In this document: positions 22,463-33,152 of the stretch, piece after piece
Layout of the letters: the number at the start of each line of letters is the position of its first letter
Position numbering within the stretch: the stretch's first letter is position 1
DNA from: Escherichia phage KEP2
Sequence record: PP047752
Strand: one strand, 5' to 3'
DNA: 64,000 nucleotides
The notes under the pieces: model-generated
What the model was told of the DNA's origin: nothing
Database searches by the model: none
What the model saw: the letters and a program-made list of their open reading frames with translations, nothing else
Program-made: the position numbers and the translations under genes

Positions 22463-24440
22463 AGGTCGTAAATTGAAAGAGGCTGGTCAGTTTATTGGTC
22501 ATTGTGCATGTCCACGTTGTGGTTCATCAGATGCTGGTTCAATCTACCATCATGACGATGATTCTTATTCGATGACTTGCTTTAGCTGTAACAAAGGTTT
22601 CCCAGAGTGGGATTTTGATAAAGGACAAATCGTGAGCACTTATTCTACTGGTTCAGATAATAAAAGCCGTACTTTCCGTGGAATGGATTTAGACGATGTA
22701 AAAGAAAACCTAGAAGCAATGGACTTGAAAGACAGGAAGATTCCTGCAAAAGTCCTTGAACGTTTAGGTATCAAGGTTGATATTGATAGCGACGGTGAAA
22801 TTGATGCACATTTCTATCCAACTTACAAACGTAATGAAGATGGCAAGCTAGAACATGTTGGCTATCGTGTTCGTCACCGTTACCCAGAAGACCATCCAAA
22901 AGAACACCTACGTGGTAAACTAAAAGACTTTTCAGGTGGTGTTGGGGACATTAAAGGTGAACTGGCAATGTTCGGTTCATGGATTGCTCCAGAAGGTGGT
23001 AACCGTCTATTCATTTGGGAAGGTGAGATGGAATGTGCCACAGCAATCTACATGACTTCTCTGGCGATTAAAGATAAGTCTCGTCGTAAGAATTACTGTC
23101 ACGTATCTGTTCCATCAGGTGCAAACATTAAGTCTATCAAAGACAACTATCAGTACATTACATCATTTGATGAGATTTACTTGTGCTTTGATAACGATGA
23201 AGCAGGTGCTAAAGCTACCAAAGAGGCTGCTGGCATCCTACCTATTGAGAAGGTTCGTTTATTCCAGTATCCAGAAGGTGTAAAAGACCTTAACGAATGG
23301 TGGACAAAGTTCTATAAAGAGAAAGACACAGTTCTGGAAGGATTTAAACAGCGTATCTACAACGCACCTCGTTACTGTCCTGCTGGTATCAAGAACTTCG
23401 CAGATGGTTTTGAGGCAATGAAGAATCGTGGTCAGATTCCTTTGATTCCTTTCCCAGAATCTTTCGGTGATTTGAACAGGTTGACTTATGGTGGTTATGG
23501 TTTAGGTGAGATTACAACTCTGGCAGCACCATCTTCAGTAGGTAAATCAGCGTACACCCGTGAAATGATTTACACTGCTTGGAAGGAAACCGATTATAAT
23601 ATTGGTGTAATTCCTGTAGAAGATACCTATGAAGAGTTGATGGAGATGCTCTGTGCAATTCATCTAAGCAAGCAGATTTCTGAGATTCCTTATGACGAAC
23701 GTGATTGGGATGAATTGAAGGAAGCACACGCAGAACTATCTAAAGGCCGTCGTATCCATATCGTTGACCATCAAGGGGCAATTGACCAAGATAACCTACT
23801 GGAATTTGTTGACTATCTTGTTAACAGCTTAGATTGCAAGATTATCATTCTTGACCCTATCACGTTAGCTCTGTCACGTTCAGATACGGATGAAGAGGAA
23901 GTTTTGTCTGAGCTATTGCGTCGTTGCAAACGCTACCAGTATGCACAGGTAAACGTATGTCACGTTCGTAAGAGTGCAGGTGGTCAAAAAGCTAACTCTG
24001 AAGGTGGAGATATCTCTGAAGAGGATATTAAGGGTTCTGGTGCATACTTCCAGATTTCCATGAACAACATTCTGTTAATGCGTAACAAGGTTGACCCAGA
24101 CCCAGTTAAGAAAAACTTGACAAAAATCAAGTTAACTAAGTGTCGTCGTCATGGTAAGTCAACAGGTATTGCTGGTCATACTTGGTACAATCCAGATACA
24201 GGACGTCTTATCAAAGCTTCTGGATGTGGTGTTGACATTGATGGTGCAGCAGAAAATATTCGTCAACAGTTTGGTATTGGTGAAGCTGAGGACCATTACG
24301 ATGACTCTTTACCTCATTATGAGGATGAAGTGTTTGACCGTGAGACTGGTGAAGTCTATACTGAAGAACAGCGTCAAAGTTCAACAATTCCACCTGTATT
24401 AAGCGAGGATGCCGATGACTGCCCGTTCGAAACTGAGTGA
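22449..24440 (+). CDS. DNA primase/helicase (T7 gp4-like)
   Basis: N-terminal Cys4 zinc finger (CACPRCG...CFSCN), central TOPRIM-like region, C-terminal Walker A SVGKS. Confidence 0.8.
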   Translation: MLMSKGRKLKEAGQFIGHCACPRCGSSDAGSIYHHDDDSYSMTCFSCNKGFPEWDFDKGQIVSTYSTGSDNKSRTFRGMDLDDVKENLEAMDLKDRKIPAKVLERLGIKVDIDSDGEIDAHFYPTYKRNEDGKLEHVGYRVRHRYPEDHPKEHLRGKLKDFSGGVGDIKGELAMFGSWIAPEGGNRLFIWEGEMECATAIYMTSLAIKDKSRRKNYCHVSVPSGANIKSIKDNYQYITSFDEIYLCFDNDEAGAKATKEAAGILPIEKVRLFQYPEGVKDLNEWWTKFYKEKDTVLEGFKQRIYNAPRYCPAGIKNFADGFEAMKNRGQIPLIPFPESFGDLNRLTYGGYGLGEITTLAAPSSVGKSAYTREMIYTAWKETDYNIGVIPVEDTYEELMEMLCAIHLSKQISEIPYDERDWDELKEAHAELSKGRRIHIVDHQGAIDQDNLLEFVDYLVNSLDCKIIILDPITLALSRSDTDEEEVLSELLRRCKRYQYAQVNVCHVRKSAGGQKANSEGGDISEEDIKGSGAYFQISMNNILLMRNKVDPDPVKKNLTKIKLTKCRRHGKSTGIAGHTWYNPDTGRLIKASGCGVDIDGAAENIRQQFGIGEAEDHYDDSLPHYEDEVFDRETGEVYTEEQRQSSTIPPVLSEDADDCPFETE

Positions 24441-24692
24441 TAGTTATAAAAGAGAGGGGTTTATACCCTTCTTTGAAGAAAAAAGTTTAAATGAATTTCA
24501 GGAAGAGTGTTTGACAAAGATTGATAGGTTCTATAGAATGCTCTACATGAAATGTGATGGAGGTGTTGAGGTAGAAGAAAAGTTCCATCACAGTATAATC
24601 ACAGTCACCATTACTATACCTGAGCATAATATTGGCTGGCTCTTTGTAATAAAAGAAAATGTGTTTGAATATCAAGTATATCGGAGAATATC

Positions 24693-24842
24693 ATGAAACA
24701 CTCTAAAGCATTTGAAAAAGTTTTTGGGGATTCCTTAAAAGCCACTGCTGGCAAACCAGCAAAATACTATGAAGAGAAGCGTGTAAGAACTGGAAAAACT
24801 GCACGTAAAGCAGCTTCTAAAGATAAGCACAACTTCCAGTAA
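24693..24842 (+). CDS. small basic protein (49 aa), not in ORF track
   Basis: ATG with GGAGA SD 6 nt upstream; in-frame stop at 24840-24842. Confidence 0.3.
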   Translation: MKHSKAFEKVFGDSLKATAGKPAKYYEEKRVRTGKTARKAASKDKHNFQ

Positions 24843-24849
24843 TTAATGT

Positions 24850-24878
24850 TTGACAATAGAGTATCAACAAATTAGAAT
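24850..24878 (+). promoter_or_regulatory. sigma70-like promoter TTGACA-17-TAGAAT
   Basis: TTGACA at 24850-24855, 17-nt spacer, TAGAAT at 24873-24878; upstream of SSB gene. Confidence 0.5.
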
Positions 24879-24914
24879 TGGTACTCTTCATAAATTGAGA
24901 TAGAGGTTTAAATA

Positions 24915-25772
24915 ATGTCTAAAGTTGTTAAAATGAAAGCTCCGGTAGAGAAGTACAATGGTACTGAACGTCAAACTCTGCGTTACCTTCTGAAAGATGT
25001 TTGGTTTTATTACCTGAACACTTCACCACGTCCGGGAAAAGGTAAATCCATTGATAAGAAATTCCCAGGAAAAGACTGCAACTATAGTGTTTCAATTCTG
25101 GCAGAAGATGGTAACAAGCTGTTTAAAGAGTTCACTAAGTCTAAGAAAAACCCAGAAGGTTGGGATAAAGTTACTACTGAAGCTGTTGATGCAGATGACT
25201 TCGAAGAGAAGTTTGGTTGCAAACCACCTTTTGAAGCAGACACTTACTATATCTTGAAAGTAAGTCGTGCAGCAGCTTATAAAGATGGTGCTGTGTGGAC
25301 AGCTAAACAGTCATTCCCTGTAATGCTGATTGAAGAAGTAAATGGTAAGCGTGTAGCTGTTAAACAGCCGATGAAGAAAATCAAAGCTCAAGCATCTGAT
25401 AAGCATGAAGATGACAAGAACTATGATGTAATTCATCCAGATATTGCAGTTGGTAACGGTTCTTTTGGTAGTGTGATTCTTTCTACTCACTTCTACACCT
25501 TTGAGAACAATGTTCTGACAAAACCTATTCAGGAACAGTTTATCATTGATACTCTTGTACCTTACACTGGTGGTAACGGTGCTAATGGCGAACCTGAACT
25601 GGATGAAGACGAACTGGCTATGCTTGGTCTTGATGGTGTTGAAGATAACGGTGAAATCACTGAAGAAGATGCAAAAGACCACAAACCTTCGAATGATTCT
25701 GATGATGGTGACGATGAAGACTTGCCAGACCCAGATGACGAAGAAGATGAAGACTTCGATACAGAAGACTAA
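24915..25772 (+). CDS. single-stranded DNA-binding protein (T7 gp2.5-like)
   Basis: Highly acidic C-terminal tail DDGDDEDLPDPDDEEDEDFDTED; located in replication module. Confidence 0.5.
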   Translation: MSKVVKMKAPVEKYNGTERQTLRYLLKDVWFYYLNTSPRPGKGKSIDKKFPGKDCNYSVSILAEDGNKLFKEFTKSKKNPEGWDKVTTEAVDADDFEEKFGCKPPFEADTYYILKVSRAAAYKDGAVWTAKQSFPVMLIEEVNGKRVAVKQPMKKIKAQASDKHEDDKNYDVIHPDIAVGNGSFGSVILSTHFYTFENNVLTKPIQEQFIIDTLVPYTGGNGANGEPELDEDELAMLGLDGVEDNGEITEEDAKDHKPSNDSDDGDDEDLPDPDDEEDEDFDTED

Positions 25773-25833
25773 TCTCTAAAAGTTACTTTAAAGCCCTGTA
25801 CTTAGTATGGGGCTTTTCATATGGAGAGTCACA

Positions 25834-26874
25834 ATGGAGAAGTATACGCTAACAAAACTTCCCGATTCAGTTACACATGTCTTTATTGACTCTGATAGTA
25901 TTGCCTATAAAGGTGCTTGTGTAGTTGAGAAAGCAAAATATAAATATGTCAATAAACTCACAGCAGAAGAATCTGAACCATTTGATAATGCAAAAGATGC
26001 TGCAAGATGGTTAGCAGACCAGAGAATCCTTGTAGAAGAGCTTGGCCTAGCATTTGATGAAGATGAATGGGAAAGACAGACTTGGAAAGAAACTAAGAGT
26101 GAAAAAGAAGCTATAATGGCGACTCAGCAGGTTCTTCAGGAATGGCTTAAGGTTGTTGGTAAAGAAAGAACTTGGGTAGGTTACTTAACAGAGAAGGGTG
26201 TACATAAACATAAAGACATTAAAGGTCTTGAGCACCAATATCAAGGTAACCGTAAAGAGGCTATCACACCAACACACTTAGTTGCTTGTCGTGAATATCT
26301 TTTATCCAGACCAGAGTTCAAGCTCTTAAAGGGAGGCTTCGAAGCCGATTCCATCGTAATTGCTAAAGCTGAAAAGATGGGTAAGAAGGCTGCTCTTATG
26401 AGTATTGACAAAGACCTTCGACAAGCTGAAGGGACTTATTGTATTGATATGACTTATGAAAAGTCACCACTAATTTTTATTGCTGATAATAATGTTGGTG
26501 ATATCTGGGATTGTCCTATCAAATCAAAACCAAAAGCTGCAAAAACAGTTGGTGTAGGTTTTAAATTCTTGTGTTATCAGGCTGTTGCTGGAGATAATGC
26601 AGATAACTACTTCGGCCTCAAAGGTGCTGGCAAAGTAGCTGTGATGAAGGCTTTAGATGGTAAAGAGACCTATAAAGAGTGCCTTGATGCTATCTATGAA
26701 CTCTATGCTAAAAAAGAGTCTTATACCTATGTATCGTGGGATGGACAGACTGTTACCAAAACACCATTAGAGTTAATGGAACAGCATTTCTGGATAGCAT
26801 ATCAAGAGAGAAATCCAAAAGATAATTTCTCTTTTAAGAAATATAATTGGGAGCCGTGTATGAATGAAGATTAA
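25834..26874 (+). CDS. 5'-3' exonuclease / flap endonuclease (T7 gp6-like)
   Basis: Acidic clusters FIDSDSIAY, GFEADSIV, SIDKDLRQ and GDNADNYFGLKG resemble T7 gp6-type metal-binding motifs; start re-called to MEKYTL. Confidence 0.5.
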   Translation: MEKYTLTKLPDSVTHVFIDSDSIAYKGACVVEKAKYKYVNKLTAEESEPFDNAKDAARWLADQRILVEELGLAFDEDEWERQTWKETKSEKEAIMATQQVLQEWLKVVGKERTWVGYLTEKGVHKHKDIKGLEHQYQGNRKEAITPTHLVACREYLLSRPEFKLLKGGFEADSIVIAKAEKMGKKAALMSIDKDLRQAEGTYCIDMTYEKSPLIFIADNNVGDIWDCPIKSKPKAAKTVGVGFKFLCYQAVAGDNADNYFGLKGAGKVAVMKALDGKETYKECLDAIYELYAKKESYTYVSWDGQTVTKTPLELMEQHFWIAYQERNPKDNFSFKKYNWEPCMNED

Positions 26875-27361
26875 AGGATTTGGCAATTGTCCTACCTATG
26901 GTCATTGGGTATCTTTATGTGGGGAAGTTGACCCCACTAAACATTTTGGTTTTGTCTATTTAGTACACTGTAAGAAGACCGGACAATATTATATTGGAAA
27001 GAAACAGCTTAATAGTGTGACCAAAAGAAAAGTTGCTGGCAAGACTCGGAAGAAGGTAGTCACTAAGGAGAGTGATTGGATGACTTATGAGACTTCTTCT
27101 GAGTATATTAAAAAAGATATTGAGAGCTTTGGAAAAGAATTTTTTGACTTTTACATTATCCAAACCTACTACACGAAAGGTGGTCTAGTTTATGGTGAAG
27201 CAAACCTCCAACATAAATTCGATGTAATGACAAAAAGGATTGACTCTAAGCTCAGACTCTTCTACAATGCCAATATTGCAGCAATTAAGTTTATCACTAA
27301 AGAAACTTATGAAGATGCTGAAAAAAGAATCCATAAGGTAATGAAAGCAAATTGTGCTTGA
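26864..27361 (+). CDS. putative GIY-YIG domain protein (homing endonuclease-like)
   Basis: FVYLVHCKKTGQYYIGK matches GIY-x(9-11)-YIG spacing. Confidence 0.4.
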   Translation: MKIKGFGNCPTYGHWVSLCGEVDPTKHFGFVYLVHCKKTGQYYIGKKQLNSVTKRKVAGKTRKKVVTKESDWMTYETSSEYIKKDIESFGKEFFDFYIIQTYYTKGGLVYGEANLQHKFDVMTKRIDSKLRLFYNANIAAIKFITKETYEDAEKRIHKVMKANCA

Positions 27362-27382
27362 TAACTATTGAGAGAGAATAAA

Positions 27383-27613
27383 ATGTTTAACAAAAGTAAA
27401 GCTGTGAGTCATGTAGCAAAGGTTGACAGCAAGACTGAAGAACTTGAGCGCATTCTTGCAAATGCCAGAGAGTCAATAATTAAAGAAGTTGAAGCCGTTG
27501 AATCTCAAATGCAGCACCTAATGCTTAAACGTCAAGAGTTACGTGAGCATCTGGAATATATTGAAACACGAGAGCTAAAAGTTAACAGATTTTTAAGGAG
27601 TCCGAATGTTTAA
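27383..27613 (+). CDS. hypothetical coiled-coil protein
   Basis: ORF-track start is TTG; ATG at 27383. Confidence 0.3.
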   Translation: MFNKSKAVSHVAKVDSKTEELERILANARESIIKEVEAVESQMQHLMLKRQELREHLEYIETRELKVNRFLRSPNV

Positions 27614-28361
27614 CTCAAGAGAATCAGTAAAAAACTGGAATCTTCGTTGCGGAAACACCCAAAAGCAACCTTACAGTGATGAGTATTGGGAATCTTTGAA
27701 ATCCCAGTCTCTGTGTATGCTTGAAGAAGCGAAAGAGCTTGTAAAAGCAATTGAAGAGAAAGACCCCATTGAGACATTGGATGCTCAGGCAGATTTGCAA
27801 TATGTTCTTGATGGTCTAATTTATCTGTCACAACATGACCACAATGGTGCTATGGAAGCTGTTTGCCATAATAATGACCTGAAGTACACAGATGACTATG
27901 AAGAAGCTTTAAAACGTCTTGCAGATATTGAGAAGCGTACTAGTCAAGAGTGTATTATCAGAATGTCAGTGGTTGATGGTAAAGAGTGGTATGCGATTGT
28001 CCGTGCAGCAGATGGGAAGATTATGAAGCAATCAAATCTCCCTAAAGTACAGCTTGGTGAATACATTGTAGAGCTTGAAAGCCAAGAACTTTTTGTGGTA
28101 GTATCTGAGACATGCGTTATCTGCAAAGGTATTGTAGGTAGCTTAAAGGATTTGGGTGTAGATGGTTTTGTAGAAGTTAATCCAATTACCTCTAAAGCAG
28201 ATAAAGATTTCTGTAAAGAGAATGGACTATGGATTGCAGATATTGTCTACTACGATGGTGAGCAGTTCCATGTAACCTCATACCCGAAACTGAATTATGA
28301 TGCTAATAACCTGAAGTGCTGGTTAAAAGGGGTTGGTTATAATGGATTCACAGAACATTAA
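27606..28361 (+). CDS. hypothetical protein, possible MazG-like NTP pyrophosphatase domain
   Basis: LEEAKELVKAIEE...DAQADLQYVLDGLIYL resembles the EExxE...D..ELGD helix pair of MazG-type enzymes; weak. Confidence 0.3.
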   Translation: MFNSRESVKNWNLRCGNTQKQPYSDEYWESLKSQSLCMLEEAKELVKAIEEKDPIETLDAQADLQYVLDGLIYLSQHDHNGAMEAVCHNNDLKYTDDYEEALKRLADIEKRTSQECIIRMSVVDGKEWYAIVRAADGKIMKQSNLPKVQLGEYIVELESQELFVVVSETCVICKGIVGSLKDLGVDGFVEVNPITSKADKDFCKENGLWIADIVYYDGEQFHVTSYPKLNYDANNLKCWLKGVGYNGFTEH

Positions 28362-28665
28362 TAAAGAAGGTGTGGCTCAGAAGAGCCACTTCTCAAACTA
28401 CAATATTTCTATGACGGTGTTTATGTATGACCCGTTACTTGAGAAGTATGGTGAGACTCCAGATACACTTCTGGATAATGAACAAGTTTTAAAAGCAGTC
28501 CTGTACAAATATGGGATTGATATTGAGAAAGAGTATTCCTTTGAAATCTGCCAACACAGAAATACTTTTGGTAAAGTTGTGATGGCTCCACTCTTCATGG
28601 GTGTAGAAAGAACTGACTATGGTTGGTTATATCTAAAAAGAAACTTGGAGAAATACCGTGTCTAA
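28342..28665 (+). CDS. hypothetical protein
   Basis: ORF-track start TTG; first ATG at 28342. Confidence 0.3.
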   Translation: MDSQNINKEGVAQKSHFSNYNISMTVFMYDPLLEKYGETPDTLLDNEQVLKAVLYKYGIDIEKEYSFEICQHRNTFGKVVMAPLFMGVERTDYGWLYLKRNLEKYRV

Positions 28666-28999
28666 AGCAAAAAAGTTATCTTATGATGACATTATCTCAG
28701 GTGCTAAGTTAGGTGTTGACAGTATCGGACAAGACGTTAAGCACGGAGACACAGTTATGTACTGTGATGACCGAAGAGGGAGAAGTGCAATCTTGTTTGG
28801 AAGAATTGTTTGCAAGATGCGAGGTAATTACGTTGTTGCAGACATGGATGTGAACGTTACACAAAAACTTGAAACACTTATGGATGATAATACATCATCA
28901 TCATGGTTCTTCCTGAATTGTATGCACACTTCTTCAGTCACAAAAGTAAGTGATAAGTTTTACGATATGTGGCAGAATGAGCAAATTTTCAAGATTTAA
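28658..28999 (+). CDS. hypothetical protein
   Basis: GTG start with GGAG SD; 113 aa. Confidence 0.3.
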   Translation: MSKAKKLSYDDIISGAKLGVDSIGQDVKHGDTVMYCDDRRGRSAILFGRIVCKMRGNYVVADMDVNVTQKLETLMDDNTSSSWFFLNCMHTSSVTKVSDKFYDMWQNEQIFKI

Positions 29000-29005
29000 A
29001 CTAGG

Positions 29006-29028
29006 GAGCCTCTTCGGAGGCTCTTTTC
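29006..29028 (+). terminator. intrinsic terminator
   Basis: GAGCCTC-ttcg-GAGGCTC followed by TTTTC. Confidence 0.55.
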
Positions 29029-29045
29029 ATCTGTAGGATTCAAAA

Positions 29046-31280
29046 ATGATTAAGACAATTAAAAAATCAAACGGTACAGTAGTAAACTTTGACCCAGAAA
29101 GACTGAATAAGTGGGCATCATGGGCAGATAAGCGTGGTATTATCTGGTCAGAAGTCACTATGGAAGCCATGAAACGTGTCTATGAAGGTTGCACTACAAA
29201 AGAGATGCACCAAGCCATGATTGATGTTTGTGTTGATAAACAAACTCAAGAGTACTCAGATATGGCTGGACGGCTACTTCTAGGGATTATCTACAAAGAA
29301 GCCTTTGGAGGCTTTACTAAGGTTCCTACGCTGGTTACCTTCGTTAAAAATATGGAGAGAGCAGGACTTTGGGAGAAGATGGACTATTCTCAGGAAGAGC
29401 TTGAATACCTGCAAGGGTACATTGTGCACTCAAAAGATATCTCTTACGGTTATGCAGTCCTGAAACAGTTCAGAGATAAGTATGGTATCCGTGATATTAA
29501 AACGGGAAAACTTTTTGAGTCACCGCAGTTTATGTTTATGGGTATGGCTATGAAAGCCTTCGAGAAGCAACCAAAGCACCGTAGACTGCAAGATGTTATC
29601 AAGCTGTACACTTACCTATCTGACCTGAAGATTAATGCTCCTACACCTTATCTGAATGGTTTAAGAGCTACTAAATCAGGTTACGCGTCATGCTGTTTGA
29701 TTAAGGCAAATGATACTGCTGAATCACTTGGTATTGCTGCAAAGGTTGCTTATGATATGACTACAAAGCAAGCTGGTATTGGGATGCTGATGGAGACTCG
29801 TACTATTGGTGATGGTATCCGTCAAAATACTATTGAGCACATGGGTAAACTACCTTATTACAAGCTTGTACGTTCATCTGTAGAGGCAAACAAACAAAAG
29901 AGCCGTGGTGGTTCAGCTAACAACTTCTACACCGCTCTAGACCCGCAGATTGAAGATTTACTGCGTTTGAAGCACCCTACAACGGTTCCTTCGAAACGTA
30001 TTAACGAGATGGACTACTCATTTGGTACAAATGATTATTTCTGGCAGTGTGTTCAATATGATACAGACTGGTTGCTATTCTCTTACAAGGATGCACCAAA
30101 ACTCTATGACATGTTCTACACAGCATCTGCTGATGAGTTTGCTATGGCAGTTGGTCACGCAGTACATTCAGGTGTTAAGCACAGACGGGTGAAGGCTCGT
30201 GAAATTGCTAAACTGTTTATCCAGCAGCGTTATGCAACAGGCCGTGTGTACCCATTCTTCACGAATAATGCAAACACACATACACCATTTAAAGAGCCTT
30301 TGAAGATGTCAAATCTTTGTATGGAAATTGTGTTGCCAGTGTACGGCTTTGAGAAAGAGACAGACCTTTACAGAGATGATGCTGTGAAAGAGGATGGTGA
30401 GGTAGCTCTTTGCTTCCTAGCTAGTTTGGTTGCAGGGAGAATTTCAGAAGATGAATACGCTGACGTTGCTTATTATGCTCTTGCAATGGTTGACTCCGTT
30501 ATTGACCTTATGGATTATCCGTATCCGTCGATGCGTAACCATGTTCAGAAGCGTCGTTCTGTTGGTATTGGCCTTACAAATGTGGCTCATTACCTTGCAA
30601 AAAATTACGTGAACTACTCTTCAAGAGCAGGTAAGACGAAGCTTCATGAGCTTGCTGAAATGCACTCTTACTACTTGCACGAAGCTTCTTTAAGACTTGC
30701 TAAAGAACGTGGTGTGCCTGAGTATATGCAGTTCACTAAGTATCCTGAAGGTTGGGTTCCTCCGAAGACAGCTAACAGGAAGATTGATGAGAAGCATGAT
30801 GCAAAACTTCGTTATGATTGGGATGACTTAGCACAACGTATTAAAGAAAATGGTGGAATCCGTAACTCTGTATTAGAAGCTTACATGCCTAATGAGAGTT
30901 CTTCACTGGCAACTAATACGACAAACGGATTGTATCCAATTCGTGACTTTATTTTAACTAAAAAGTCTGCAACTGGTAACGTACTGTTTATTGTTCCAGA
31001 CTACGAAGAGTTGAAGTATGTCTATGAAATTGCTTGGGATATTGACACCTTTGACCTGATTGATTGCTATGCAATTGTTCAAAAGTTCACTGGTCAAGCT
31101 ATCTCTTCAGATTTCTATGTTGACTACGCAAAAGCTAAGAAGGTATCATTGGCTCAAGCTTTGAAGTACATGATTTATGCAAACTCAGTAGGTATGAAAA
31201 CCATGTACTACCTTAACAGTCGCATCGGTGTAGGTAAATCTGCACTGCAAGATGCTTATTGCGAGGGTTGTGGTGTTTAG
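29046..31280 (+). CDS. nrdA: ribonucleoside-diphosphate reductase large subunit
   Basis: 744 aa, class I RNR alpha; followed by NrdB. Confidence 0.8.
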   Translation: MIKTIKKSNGTVVNFDPERLNKWASWADKRGIIWSEVTMEAMKRVYEGCTTKEMHQAMIDVCVDKQTQEYSDMAGRLLLGIIYKEAFGGFTKVPTLVTFVKNMERAGLWEKMDYSQEELEYLQGYIVHSKDISYGYAVLKQFRDKYGIRDIKTGKLFESPQFMFMGMAMKAFEKQPKHRRLQDVIKLYTYLSDLKINAPTPYLNGLRATKSGYASCCLIKANDTAESLGIAAKVAYDMTTKQAGIGMLMETRTIGDGIRQNTIEHMGKLPYYKLVRSSVEANKQKSRGGSANNFYTALDPQIEDLLRLKHPTTVPSKRINEMDYSFGTNDYFWQCVQYDTDWLLFSYKDAPKLYDMFYTASADEFAMAVGHAVHSGVKHRRVKAREIAKLFIQQRYATGRVYPFFTNNANTHTPFKEPLKMSNLCMEIVLPVYGFEKETDLYRDDAVKEDGEVALCFLASLVAGRISEDEYADVAYYALAMVDSVIDLMDYPYPSMRNHVQKRRSVGIGLTNVAHYLAKNYVNYSSRAGKTKLHELAEMHSYYLHEASLRLAKERGVPEYMQFTKYPEGWVPPKTANRKIDEKHDAKLRYDWDDLAQRIKENGGIRNSVLEAYMPNESSSLATNTTNGLYPIRDFILTKKSATGNVLFIVPDYEELKYVYEIAWDIDTFDLIDCYAIVQKFTGQAISSDFYVDYAKAKKVSLAQALKYMIYANSVGMKTMYYLNSRIGVGKSALQDAYCEGCGV

Positions 31281-31335
31281 TTTTAATAACTATGAGGGTC
31301 GTAAAAGACCCTCTAAAATTAACTTTGGAGAAACT

Positions 31336-31593
31336 ATGAAAGACCTAATAGAAAAACATGAGAGGCCAATATACTTATTCTACAAACCCCGCAAAACATT
31401 ATACTACGTGAGCAGCACAGGCATCATGATAAAGCAGAATGATGACTTATGGGTCACTGGAGCCTCTTACATCTCTACAGCAGATGGTAAAATCTACGCA
31501 AGACCTTATGAGATGTTCAATGAAGAAAATTGGGAAGTTTTAGACAGAAAACAAGCCTTAGAGATGATAAAGAAAGGAGAAATCACGCTATGA
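31336..31593 (+). CDS. small hypothetical protein inserted between nrdA and nrdB
   Basis: GGAGAAACT-ATG; preceded by hairpin GAGGGTCgtaaaaGACCCTC. Confidence 0.3.
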   Translation: MKDLIEKHERPIYLFYKPRKTLYYVSSTGIMIKQNDDLWVTGASYISTADGKIYARPYEMFNEENWEVLDRKQALEMIKKGEITL

Positions 31594-32663
31594 TTAACCA
31601 ACACCCAATCTTTTTAGGTGGTGAGAGAAAAACATTCGACTCACTTAATAAGCACTACCCAAAAATCTTTGAGCTATATAAACAACAAAAAGCACAAGAC
31701 TGGTCAGAAGATGAGTTCCCTTTTGAACAATCACGCCTTGATTTTGAGAGTGTACCAGCATCAATGTCAGGTGTAATGCTTGAGATTCTTAAGTGGCAGT
31801 GGGAAGCAGATACCCAAGTTGCTAAGAGCTTAGCGTTTGCCTTTGCGCCATTCATCTCTGATGACATTTATGCAACTGCAATTATGAAGCAGTCTGAGAT
31901 TGAAAACCTACATGCTCTTACTTACTCGGAGATTGTAAGACAATGTATTAAAAATCCTGAAACAATCTTAGATGAGATTAACCAGAACATTGCTGTACAA
32001 GACCGATTAAAAACTGTGAATCGTGTTCTTGAAGAATTACTAGATGAAGGTATAAACTATCGTCTGAGTTATGTCCGTGACTCACTTCTGGACAAAGACC
32101 CTTTACACTTCCATAAAGTGATTCTAAAAGGTCTATTTGCAGTGACTGCACTTGAAGGTATTTCTTTTATGGCATCCTTTGCATGTACTTTTGCACTTGA
32201 TGCTCAAGATAAATTTCAAGGTATTGCTCAAGCTGTCCAGAAAATTATGCTTGACGAAATCCTTCACACTAAAATTGATATTGAAGTTTTAAAAGAAACT
32301 TTAAGAGATGATGAGTGGCAAAAAGCTTTCCAACAAATTCTTCCAGAGATTAAAGTAATCTTAGATGAAGTAGTTGAAAGTGAAGAGAAATGGTCGTATT
32401 ATATCTTCTCCGAAGGACGTGCTGTAGTTGGGTTAAATACAAAGCTTCTTCATGAGTGGGTTTACTACAATGCTGCCCCACTGTATGATATGTTTGGCAT
32501 TCCCAGAGATTTTGTAGCTCCTAAAGAACCACCTTTGAAGTATATGATTAAGAAGATGGAAATTGATAAAGAGCAGAATGCTAATCAGGAGCAACAGAAC
32601 GGTGCGTACTTATTGAATACTGTTGTAGATGATTTGAATAGTGGATTTTTAGAGGTTCCTTAA
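31590..32663 (+). CDS. nrdB: ribonucleoside-diphosphate reductase small subunit
   Basis: ~357 aa helical protein directly after nrdA; start re-called to MINQHP with AAAGGAGA SD. Confidence 0.75.
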   Translation: MINQHPIFLGGERKTFDSLNKHYPKIFELYKQQKAQDWSEDEFPFEQSRLDFESVPASMSGVMLEILKWQWEADTQVAKSLAFAFAPFISDDIYATAIMKQSEIENLHALTYSEIVRQCIKNPETILDEINQNIAVQDRLKTVNRVLEELLDEGINYRLSYVRDSLLDKDPLHFHKVILKGLFAVTALEGISFMASFACTFALDAQDKFQGIAQAVQKIMLDEILHTKIDIEVLKETLRDDEWQKAFQQILPEIKVILDEVVESEEKWSYYIFSEGRAVVGLNTKLLHEWVYYNAAPLYDMFGIPRDFVAPKEPPLKYMIKKMEIDKEQNANQEQQNGAYLLNTVVDDLNSGFLEVP

Positions 32664-32905
32664 TGACTTATGTAATTTACTCCAAAACTGGATGCCCTCA
32701 GTGTGAGACTGCAAAGAATTTTGCGAAAGCTCGTGGTATTGACCATGTTGTGAGAATGTTAGGGCAGGATTATGAACTGTCAGACCTGATGGATATTGCA
32801 CAGATGCCAGTTCGTCAGATGCCATTCATCATGAAAACTGACGGTCAAAACCTAAAACCTGTTGGAACGCTACAGAACTTCATGGCAGAGGTGAATAATG
32901 CTTAA
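32663..32905 (+). CDS. glutaredoxin/thioredoxin-like redoxin
   Basis: N-terminal YSKTGCPQCETAK CxxC motif; coupled to nrdB stop. Confidence 0.55.
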   Translation: MTYVIYSKTGCPQCETAKNFAKARGIDHVVRMLGQDYELSDLMDIAQMPVRQMPFIMKTDGQNLKPVGTLQNFMAEVNNA

Positions 32906-33104
32906 ACGCCTTTGGGAAGGTTTGGTTGTTGATGCACCAGCTATTGTGATTGGTATGCTTGTTGTTAACCTATTTACTGATTTTGAACAAGGTTCATTGT
33001 TTGGAGCCATGTTACTATGGGTTATCTTTGAAATATTAGAAATACAGTTATGTATCACTGAAAAACTAAGAGAACTCTTTTCGAAGTTTTCTAAAAAGAT
33101 TTAA
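32898..33104 (+). CDS. small membrane protein
   Basis: Hydrophobic 68-aa ORF. Confidence 0.3.
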   Translation: MLKRLWEGLVVDAPAIVIGMLVVNLFTDFEQGSLFGAMLLWVIFEILEIQLCITEKLRELFSKFSKKI

Positions 33105-33111
33105 AATGAAA

Positions 33112-33135
33112 GGGTCTCTTCGGAGACCTTTTTAG
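33112..33135 (+). terminator. intrinsic terminator
   Basis: GGTCTC-ttcg-GAGACC followed by TTTTT. Confidence 0.55.
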
Positions 33136-33152
33136 CATGTAAAGGGGCAATA

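Noticed and set aside
24409-24696. 95-aa ORF overlapping the 3' end of the primase-helicase gene
   Set aside because: Most of it overlaps the helicase in another frame and no RBS is evident; a short C-terminal portion could be real but cannot be supported.
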